Below are positions 17,105 to 27,900 of a DNA stretch of 64,000 nt, one piece after another; positions within the stretch are counted from its first letter, which is position 1; each line of letters opens with the position of its first letter. Source of the stretch: the human T2T-CHM13v2.0 reference genome, Homo sapiens; NCBI GenBank assembly GCA_009914755.4, contig CP086569.2, positions 4,096,001 through 4,160,000 of the forward strand, given 5' to 3'. A program made the translations under genes and the position numbers. The notes below the pieces were generated by a model. It was not told the origin of the DNA. It made no database searches and worked only from the letters and a program-made list of their open reading frames with translations.

Positions 17105-18594
17105 GTATGTAATTATACAGCCTAAAAGTGGGAAATCCTTTATCACTCACCCTATCACCTTCTACTTTTTTAATGAAGCCTCACAATTGGTGTTATTCAA
17201 TAGAATTTACATGAATTTACACACCCATGTACAAAAGAACACATGCATTCTCATATGAGTATCCCAGTGTGTACTTATTTTTATATAAACATTTAATTTT
17301 GTTTATGTTTTATGTAATTTGATTCTTATGTTTATGACAACTGGCTTTTATTTTTCTTTACACTAATCCTTGGAAACTTTCCCATATCAATACATGCAGT
17401 TCTACTTTATTCTTTCAAATTTGTTTACAAAACATAGAATATTTTTATTTGTATAAATTTGTTGGGATGCAAGAGTAATATCATTACATAGATGTATTGT
17501 ATACTAGAGAAGGCAGGGCTTTTAATTTATCCATTGCAGAAATAAAGTATCCATTAAGTAATTTCTCACTATTCAACACCCTCCTTCTTCTCACACTCTT
17601 TGGAGTCTCCATTGTTTATTATTCTAAACTTTGTGACCATATGTGCTCATTATTTAGCTCCCATGTGTAACTGAGAACATTTGACATTTTTCTTTCTGTG
17701 TCTACTTTTCATAAGACAATGACCTCTTCTTCCATCCATGTTGCTGCAAAAGAAATGATCTCATTATTTTATGGCTGAATAGTATTCCACTGTGTATATA
17801 TACCACATTTTCTGTATTCAATCATCCATTGATGGATACATAAGTCAATTCCATATATTTGCTATTGTAAAGGATCTGTAATAAACACACAAGTGTATGT
17901 AATATTTTCATATAATTATTTCTTTTTTGGGGGATATATACCCAGTAGTGAGATTATAGGATTCAATGGTGTTTCCATTTTTAATTCCTTGAGAAATCTC
18001 CATACTGTTTTTCATAGAGGTTGTAGTAATTTATATTTGCTTCAACAGTATACGAGCACTCAACTTTCTCCACATCCTCACCAGCATTTGTTATTTTTTG
18101 TCTTTTTTATTATTGCCCTTCTGACTGGTGTAAGATAATACCTCATTTTAATTTTAAATTTTACTTTTTGATGATTAGTGACAATAAGCATTTTTATATA
18201 TTTGTTGGCTATATGCATGTCTTCTTTTGAAAAATGTCTATTTTTCTTTTGCTCACCTCTTTATAGGGTTATTTGATTTTGTTGTTTTTTTTTTGTTTTT
18301 TGAGTTCTTCATAAATTCTGGATATTAATTCCTCCCTGTATTAATAGTTTTCAAATATTTTCTCCCATACTGCAGGTTGTCTGTTCAATCTTTTATTTCT
18401 TTTGTTTTACAGAAGCTCTTTAAGTCCATTTGTCTATTTTTTGTTTCTGTTTCTTGTGCTTTGGAAGTCTTAGTTGTGAATTTTTTTCCTACATCAATGT
18501 CTAGAAAAGTTTTCTTTAGGTTGTCTTCTAGTATTTTTTATAGCTTTAGGCGTTACATTTAAATCTTTAATCCATCTCATATAGTTGGGATATT

Positions 18595-18996
18595 TGTCTC
18601 CAGCCAAATTGCATGTTGAATTGTAATCTCTGATGTTGGAGTTGGGCCCTGGTGGGAGATGTTTGATTCATGGCAGCAGATCTCTTATAAATGGCTTGGG
18701 CCACTCCCTTAGTAATAAATAACATCTAGTTCTGAGTTTGAATGAGATCTGGTGCTTTAAAAGTGTGTGGCACCTCCCCATCCACTCTTCCTCTCTTGCT
18801 CCTGCTTTTGCCATGTGGCACACAAGCTCCCACTTCAACTTCTGCCATGAATAAAAGCTCCCTGAAGCCTCCGCAGAAGCTGAGCAATATTGGTGCAGTC
18901 TCATGTATATCCTTCAAAATTATGAGCCAATTAAACAATTGTTTCTTTATAAATTATGCTGTCTAATGTATTTCTTTATAACAATGCAGAAATGCC
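18595..18996 (+). mobile_element. MaLR solo LTR (MST/MLT1-like) nested in the L1
   Basis: tgtctccagccaaattgcatgttgaattgtaatctctgatgttggagttgggccctggtgggag ... gagccaattaaacaattgtttctttataaattatgctgtc, which is the typical MaLR LTR start and end. Confidence 0.7.
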
Positions 18997-20439
18997 CAAT
19001 AATTCAGTTAAATTTTGTATATGGTGAATGAAAGGGGTCCAGTATCATTCTGCATATGAAAATCCAATTTTCCCAGCACCATTTTTGAAAAGGATGTCTT
19101 TCCCACAATGCATTCTTTTGTTGACTTTGTCAATGATCAGTTTGTTTTAAGTGTGTGGACCCTTTTCTGGCTTCCATATTCTATACCAATGATTTATGTG
19201 TCCATCTTATACCAATACGATGCTGTTTTGATTTTACAGCCATGTAGTATAATTTGAACAATGTAACGTGATTCTTCTGTTTTTGTTCTTTATTCTCAGA
19301 ATTTATTTTCCTATTTGGGCTCTTTTTTTGGTTCCATATGATTTTAGGATTGTTTTCTCTAGTTCTTTGAAATATCACATTGATATTTTGATAGGGTTTG
19401 TATTGCATCTGTAGATTGCTTTGGGCAGTATAGTCATTTTAACAATATTGATCTTTCTGATTAATGACTATGTGGTGTTTTTCCATTTGTTTGTGTCATC
19501 CACAATTTATTTCATCAGTGTCTTGTATATTTTCTTGTAGAGGTCTTTTACTGCCTTGGTTAAATATATTTCTAGATTTTTTTTGTAGCTATTATAAATG
19601 GGGTTGTCTTCTTGATTTGGTACTTAGCTGAATTATTATTGGTGTATATAAATGCTACCAATGGTTATATGTTGATTTTGTATCCTGAAACTTGATTGAT
19701 TTATCAATTCTCAGAGTTTTTTGTTGGAGTCTTTAGGGTTTTATAGATATGAGGTTATGACATCAGTGAACAGGGGCAATTTTATTTTCTCTGTTCCACC
19801 TAGAATTTCCAGTACTATGCTGAATAGGAATGGTGAAAGTGGGCATCCTTGTTTTGTCCCAGTTCATAGAGGGAATGGTTTCAACTTCCCCTTATTCAGT
19901 GTGATGTTGGCTATGGGTTTGCCATATAATGCCTTCATTTGTTTTAATATATGATTTTGTTCATGTGGATCTTCTTTCTTATTTTCCTGATTAGCTAGAG
20001 GTTTACCAATTTTTAAAACTTTTTGAAGAACCAACTTTATATTTCATTGATTCCTTATATTCCTCTTTGTATTTTTTGTCTCAATTCAATTTAAATCTGC
20101 CCTGATCTTTGTCATTTCTTTTCTTTTTCTAACTTTGAGTTTGGTATTTTCTTGTTTTCCAAGTTTGTTGAGATGCAATATTAGGTTGTAAACTTGTGAT
20201 CTTTCTACTGTTTGACGTAGGCATTTAATTCTATAAACTTTCCCCTTAATACTACTTTTGATGTATTCCAGAGATTTGGGTATGTGTGTTTCCATTTTCA
20301 TGTGTTTAAAAAAGTTTAATTTACAGCTTAATTTTTTATTTACTCAAGGATGACTCAGGAGCATGTTGGTTAATTTCTATGCATTTGTATAGTTTCCAAA
20401 GATTCTCTCAGTATTGATTTATATGTAGGGAGATGCCCT

Positions 20440-21292
20440 GAAACTATTGCTACAGAATAAAAGATGAAATGCTCCTGATTACTGTAAATACAAAATTGCA
20501 CACAGGATTGTGTAAAGACAACGCCAAGTTGGACTGCCAGAATGAGCCAACAGCACGTGATGTGCTTCCCTCTGCAGAGAGCCTATGAATGAATGTGCAG
20601 TCAGGGAGGTTTCACATCACCAAGATTCCTATCCCAGAAAAGCAGATGTTCATAGCTCTGGGAATGGAATGCAAACCTTGTGGAGAGACTATAAACAGAC
20701 GCATGGGGGGCGCCTGTCCATATGGATAAGATAGGGCTATAAATGCCCTCATCTTGCCACAGCTCTTCTAGGCCTCTTTAGGGTTAAGGCATACTCCCTT
20801 CTGAGAATTTCTGGTCTAACCGGTTGTCTAGCTTCATGTCCTATTTCTACGGATTGTTTGTAACCAGCTTTTGCTGCAACTGTTACTGCTGATTAATATC
20901 TTGTTAATCATAGGTTATGGAAAGATTGTGTTTCTGTTTTAAGGCTCTGTTAGAAATTACTGACGCACACACTATATTGTAATTCTTATCTCTGTATACT
21001 GTACTTCTGCATACAAATGTTATGTTAAAGAATTTCTTCATCCCCATGTAACCAGCTCACCTCATAATCAAATAACCCTAAATCCCTCACTAACCTACCC
21101 CTGCCCTCACTAAACTTAATAATAAATGCTGGTATATCCAGTGCATTGTTGGCACCACGGGACCAGAAGGTGGTGACCCCCCTGGACCCAGCTTTCACTA
21201 TCTTGTGTGTGTCTATTATTTCTCAACCTGCCGATCCGCCTGGGAACAAAGAGAGAGCCCCGTTGCATTGTGGGCTGCTGGCCAGATCCCAC
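20440..21292 (+). mobile_element. Unclassified LTR-like element nested in the L1 (TG...CA termini, TATA-like and AATAAA motifs). It may be an ERV solo LTR. I do not recognise the family.
   Basis: It starts tgtagggagatgcc and ends ..ggccagatcccaca. It contains ctataaacagacg, ataaatgccc, and aataataaatgctgg followed by a U5-like GC-rich stretch. The antisense L1 sequence resumes on both sides. Confidence 0.35.
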
Positions 21293-21365
21293 AATATTTA
21301 TAGTTGGATTTTGTTGTGGTCTAAAAAGATACTTTATATGATTTAAATTTTTAAGAACTTTTTGA

Positions 21366-21658
<293 letters not shown>

Positions 21659-22769
21659 GAACTTTTTGAGACTTGTTTGGTGCCCTAATATATGGTCAAT
21701 CTTGGAGAATGTTTCAAGTGCTGATAAGAAGAGTGTGTAGTCTGTAGTTGTTGAGTAGAATATGCTGTACAGTTTGTTAGGTCTATTTGGTCTAAAGTTC
21801 AGTTTAAACCCAATAATTCTTAGAAGATTTTATCTCCTGGTGATTTCTCTGTGTTGTGATGGGAGTTCTAAATTCTCTCAATATTATTGTATTGCTGTCT
21901 ATATCTCTATACAGGTCTAGTAATATTTGTTTTATAAATTTGGGTGCTGTGGTGTCGGGTGCACATATCTAGAATTGTTATATCCTCTTGCTGAATTGAT
22001 CCTTTTATTATTATATAATGTTATTCTCTGTCTTCTTTCTCAGCTTCTGATTTAAAGTCTCTTTTGTCTGATATAAATCTGGATATTCTTGCTCATTTTT
22101 GGTTTCTCTTTACATGAAATATTTTGTTTTTTAATCCCTTTACCATCAGTCTATATGTGTTTTCACAGGTCAGATGAGTTTTTTGTAAGCAATATATGAT
22201 TGGAATATGTTCTGTTTAGCCATTCTGTCCATTTATATATTTTAAGTGAAGCATTTAATCTGTTTAAATTAAAGGCTAGTATTATTATATGTGAGTTTTT
22301 GTTTCTGTATTATTATGAATTGTTATCTAGTCATTTTATAAATTATTTGCTTCTTTCTTTTTCTGTTTGTCTTCGTGATTTCATAAAATTCTGTTGAATT
22401 GCCATCTGATTCCTTTCTCTTTTTTGTGTGTGATTGGTTTATAAAACCTATGAGTTTTATACTTTTTTGTGTTATGATAAAACATATCCTTTTTTCATGT
22501 TTAGGACTTCTTGGATTTTTTTCTGTAGGGACAGTCTAATGCTGATGAATATTTTTAACCTTTGACTTTCTAAGTAAGACTTTCTTTTTCCTCCATTTAT
22601 AAAACTTAGTCTAACTGAATATAAAATTCTGGCTGGCAGCTTTTTAAAATTTCAGTACTTTGAAAATCCTATCCTATTCTCTTCTGGCTTGTAGGGTTTT
22701 ACTGAGAAGTCTGCTGTTTGTCTAATGGGATTTTCTTTATAGGGGACTAGAAATTTTTCTCTTACTGAT

Positions 22770-24976
22770 TGATATGGGTTGGGTCTGTCTCCCTGCCCAA
22801 ATCTCATGTTGAAATGTAATCCCCAATATTAGAGGTGGGGCCTGATGGAAAGTGATTGGATTGTGGAGTCAGTTTCTCCTGAATGGCTTAGCACCATTCC
22901 TGTGTGCTGCTCTCACAATAGTGAGTGAGTGAGTTATTGCCAGTTAGTGCTGTGATGGGACTTCTGAATTCTCTCAATATTATTGTATTGCTGTCTATGT
23001 CTCTATACAGGTCTAGTAATATTTGTTTTATAAATTTGGGTGCTGTTGTGTTGGGTGCACATATATCTAGAATTGTTATTTTTTATTTTTTATTTTTTTT
23101 TTATTTGCAGCACCTCCCCCTTCTCTTCCTCCTGCTCTGGCCGTGTGAAGTGCTGGCTTACCCTTTGCCTTTCCCCATAATTATGTGTCCTGAGGCCTCC
23201 CCAGATGCCAGTCAGATGCCAACCCTATGCTTCCTGTACAGCCTGTGGAAATATGAGCCAATTAAGCCTCTTTTCTTTATAAATTACCTAGCCTTAGGTT
23301 CTTCTTTATAGCCATGCAATAATTATCTAATATAGAAAATTGGTACTGAGGAGTGGGATATTGTGACTGGAACTTATATTTAAAAGGGAAGCAGAGCAAA
23401 AAAGCTTGAAAAATATGCAGCCTGATTATATGGTAGGAAAAAAAGGCCTGTTTTCAGGGGAAAAATTCAAGCAGACTGCAGAAATGTGCATAAGTAAAGA
23501 GGAGCCAAGTAGTAATAGCCAAGACAATGGGGAAAAGGCCTAGAAGGCATTTCAGAGACCTTTGTGGCAGCCTCTCCCATCATAGGCCAGGAGGCTTAGG
23601 AGGGAAGAATGGTTTTGTGTGCCAGGCCCAGGACACCACTGCCCTTTGTGTGCCAGGCCCAGGACACCACTGCAGCCTCAGGACACTGCTTTCCACATGC
23701 CAGTTATTCCAGCTCCAGCTCTGGGTAAAAGGGACCCAGGTACAGCTCAGACCACTGCTTCAGATGGTGTAGGCCACAAACCTTGGCTGCTTTCACATGG
23801 AGTTAAGCCTGTGGTTTCACAGAGAGCAAGAGTTGAGGCTGGAGATACTTCAACTGGATTTCAGAGAATGTGTGAAAAAGCCTGGATGTCTAGGCAGAAG
23901 CCTGCTGTAGGGGCAGCACCCTTATCAAGAATCTCTGCTATGGTAGTATGGAAAAGAAATGTGAGGTTTGAGCCCCCACACAGTATCCCAACAGGGGCAC
24001 TGCATAGTGGAGCTGTCAGAAGAGGGCCACCATCCTCCAGACCCCTCCAGAATGGTAGACCCAATGGCAGCTTGCTCCCTGCACGTGGAAAAGCTGCAGT
24101 CACTCAATGCCAGTACTTGAGAGCACTTCAGCTGGGGCTGATCTCTGCAAAGTCATGAGTATGAAGCTTCCCAAGGCCTTGGGAGACCATCCCTTATACC
24201 AGTGTGCCCTGGATATGAGGCATGGAGTCAAAGTACATTATTTTAGAGTTTAAGGTTTAATGACTGCCCTGCTGGATTTCGGACTTGCATAGGGCCTGTA
24301 GCCCCTTTCTTTTGGCCAATTTCTGCCTTCTGGAATGGGAATATTTACCCAATGCCTATACTGCAATTGTATCTTGGAAGTAACTAACTTGTTTTTGATT
24401 TTACAGGCTCATAGGTGGAAAGGGCTGGCCTTTCCTCAGATGAGACTTTTGAGTTAATGATGGAAAAAGTTTACATCTTGGGAATTATTGGGAAGGCACA
24501 ATTGTATTTTGAAATGTGAGGACACAAGATTTTGGAAGGGCCAGGGGTGGAATGACATGGTTTGAATCTGTGTGCCAACCCAAATTTCATATTGAAATGT
24601 AATCCCCAATGCTGGAGGTGAGGCCTAATGGAGGATGATTGGATCCTGGGGTCAGTTTCTCCTGAATGGTTTAGCACCATCCCTGTGTTGCTGTTCTTGT
24701 GATATTGAGTGATTGAGTTATCACCAGATCTAGTTGTTAGAAAATGTTTAGCACCTCCCCTTTTCTTCCTCCTGTTCTGGCCATGTGAAGTGCTGGCTTC
24801 CTCTTTGCCTTCTGCAATGATTGTAAGTTACCCAAAGCATCTCCCGAAGCCAAGCAGATGCCAGCATCATGCTTTCAGTAAAGCCTGTGGAACCACGAGC
24901 CAATTAAACCTCTTTTCTTCATTAATTACCCAGCTTTAGGTATTTCTTTATAGAAATGTGAGAACAGCCTAATACA
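22770..24976 (+). mobile_element. Complete MST-type ERVL-MaLR element (5' LTR 22770-23335, internal region 23336-24552, 3' LTR 24553-24976) with a 5-bp TSD CTGAT
   Basis: Both LTRs start tgatatgggttgg / tgacatggtttg and contain ..cccaaatctcatgttgaaatgtaatccccaat..gtggaa..tgagccaattaa(g/a)cctcttttctt.ataaattacc.agc. Flanking direct repeats ctgat lie at 22765-22769 and 24977-24981. The internal region is homologous to 35691-37244. Confidence 0.75.
22928..23100 (-). repeat. L1 ORF2-endonuclease-derived patch (about 140 bp plus a T-rich run) sitting inside the MST 5' LTR. It is a ~95%-identical copy of 21851-21990.
   Basis: 22938-23082 and 21851-21990 share ..tctctcaatattattgtattgctgtctat(a/g)tctctatacaggtctagtaatatttgttttataaatttgggtgctgt.gtg..gggtgcacatat.., with about 6 differences. 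On the minus strand the block translates to an L1 ORF2 EN segment (..APNT.APKFIKQ..). The 3' LTR has only about 13 bp at the corresponding position. Confidence 0.6.
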
Positions 24977-27900
24977 CTGATTATAAAATTAATTCCTTCA
25001 TCTTGACTTTAGATGATTTGATATCAATCAGCCATTTTAAAACCCTTTATGTAATATATTTTCTTGGAGATCATTGGGCCTCTTGTGTCTGGATATTTAT
25101 ATGTCTTGCTAAACTTGGAAAGTTTTCATCAAATATTCTCTTAAATATGTTTTCTAAATTTTAGATTTTTCTTTCCCATCAGGAATACCAATAATTTATA
25201 AGTTCAATTACCTTATGTAGTCTTATATGTCTCAAATGTCTTGTTCATTCTCTTTTATTCTTTTTTCTTCATTTTTGTCTGACAGTATTATTTCAAAAGA
25301 CCTGCCTTCAACATCTGAAATTCTTCCTTCTTCTTGGCCTACTCTATTTTTTAAAGATTTGTGTATATATTGCAATTCCTTCAGTTAATTTTTTATTTCT
25401 ATGTTATATTTGTCTTTTTTAAAGATATCTGTCTCCTTAGTAAATTTCTTGTTCATATCCTGAATTGATTTTCTGTTTTATTTGTATTGGAATCACATTT
25501 CTTGTATTTCATTGAGTTTCTTTAAAATAAATATTTTGAATTTTACATCTAGCATATCAAAAATTGTTATTTTTTTTTGTTTAGAATCTATTGCTGGAGA
25601 ACTGTGTTTCTTTGGCAGTGTTGTAATGCCTTGCTTTTTAATACTTTCTGTATCTTTATGTTAATTTATGTGCATCTAAATTAACAGTCACTTCTTATTT
25701 TGCAACTTAATTTTGTTGGAGTAAATTTTTTTTCTTGAAGATATGACTATGCTGTATGTTGGGTAGGGCAATTTGATTTTGCTTCTGGGTGCGTGCATTG
25801 GCAAAGACTCTGCAGGATTTTATTAATTATAAATAGCATTTGTTTGGTGGCTTTCTGAAATGCCAGTTTTAGTAGCAGTGTACCATGTGGATGAGCTTGC
25901 TGATGACCTTCTTTGTAGCCACTGTGGTGTGGGTGATGGGGATAGCAGTGGTCATGAGAATCTTTTCTTGTTCAAAGGGCCTTGCTCTGGTGTTGGCAGT
26001 TGTTCTAATGGGTTGCATAAGACAACCCTCAGGCTAGTAGGTGGTACTCTCAAGTAAGAATCAGCTGTAGTGGTGGCAGTAGAACTTACGCTTGACCTCT
26101 GTTCCCCAGGAAAAATGCTCTGCTTTCCAGGTGATGGATTGGGCTGCTGACTCCCCAAAAGCTTGGATCATACACTCTGTTTCACAGAGATAGGTGAAGC
26201 TTTGTGGGGCTGGACTGGGCAAGCAAACAATCAGGTACTCCTATAGAAGATGTGAACTCCAGCCTTGACAAGAGTGGCAGAAGATTTTTCAAGCCCCTGG
26301 CAAAATATTTGTGTGAGGCTTTATTGCTACTGCACTGAAGTCTCAGCGCCACAGGCTTGGTAGGCAGTATAACCTGCTTACCTCTCATGCCTTTGTCCTG
26401 GCAGGGCTCACTTTCCTGTCCTGACTGTGGCCACATTTAAGATAATCCATTAACTGCTGAAGTTTACTTCTAGTCTGAAAGGTAACCCAGTGTCATAGAA
26501 GTCACTAGACTTGTTGCTCAGTACTAAACTTCTGCAGTAGCTGGCAGTGGCTGCACTGCAGTCTTCACCCACAGCTTCAAACACACAGCTTTCAGGTTCT
26601 CCTGCTTTCTATGGTAACAACACCGTAGCTCTGTATAGAGAGTGGGACAGACCCCAGCCTATACATGGGCCTAAGCTCCAAAGACATGCAACCAGTGAAA
26701 TCACAGTTGCCACTCATAGTCCCAGACAGGCAGCACTTCAGCTCACCCACTTCAGCCTCCAACTACAGCAGCAACAGCAGCTATGCCTGCAACTATATGC
26801 AGTGTGGGAGAAAGGGTTTCATTATGTATACATAATTCTAAGCAAAAAGGTTGCTTGGAAGGTAGGAGGAGATTTTGCATGTCCCTTGAAAGGCCAAGCA
26901 CAGAGTTTGTGCCACTGCTGGGGGTGGAGTCATTTCTTAAAATGCCAAACAGAGAGCTTTCAGGCTCTGGAACGCATGCATTCCAGTTTTCTCTGGGCCA
27001 GGGACTGCATTTTTGGTGTGCTGCACTGCCCTTCCCCCAGGGAGGAAAACTGTCTCTAGGCTAGATTACTGGGGACCCTGAAGCACCTTTCGGTTCAGCC
27101 AGTGCAGTGTCACTGCAGCTCTCTAGGTGGACATTGGGGAATGTCAGCAGTAGCTTTTAGAATGTAGAGATGGGGTGCTGTAGTTCCCAGGGCAGGATGC
27201 AGTCCCATGATAGCTACACTTCACAATGGTGCCCTGCCACAGCCTCTCAGGTCCGAGGGGAGGGGTGAGTGATTTAGCATGAGTTCCCAGTCTGGAGCAA
27301 TGCTCTCAAGAGGTCTCCAAATTACCACTCATACTAATGCCAAGGTTTGTGGCAGTAGAGGAACTCTCCTGTGGTTTGGATCCCAACAGTCTATGGCAAG
27401 AATGTGAACATCAAAACTCTCCCACTCACCCTCTCCCCAGAACACCAAGCCTCTACAGGCGCCTGACCAATTCTCAGAAAAGTTGGCTTCTTGTTTCCTC
27501 CTACTTCTGTGCCTTAGGCATTTCCCCTGAGTTCTCTGTTGGACTCTAATATTTTCTTCTTTAATAGTCTATTCAAAGTGTGATTATCTGTTCATAATTT
27601 TGGTTCTTTTTTCTGGAAAAAACAGGCATCTGATGTCTTCAGTCAGCCATGTTGAACTGGAACCTCCCAACATATAATATTTTAAACTATTATTCTACAG
27701 ATGTACATTAATTTTTTGGCAACATTTCACTATTAAAAATATAATACTACAATAAAGAGATTTGTGTTTAGTGTACATATATGACTATTTCTTTATAACA
27801 AAGAGATTCTTGTAATAATATTTCGTTGTAATGTATGCATATTTAAAATTTTGATATTTTTTAACCAAATTCCCCAACAATGTCCCTACTTATTTATACT

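Noticed and set aside
16726-17110. Target-site duplication for the THE1 solo LTR at 16731-17104
   Set aside because: The flanks (..aaattttata | LTR | gtatgtaatt..) give no convincing 5-bp direct repeat. The element call stands but the TSD is unsupported.
26547-27059. A 170-aa ORF and the overlapping 93-aa ORF
   Set aside because: They lie within what I read as antisense L1 5'UTR. There is no start context or homology, and their composition matches the surrounding repeat.
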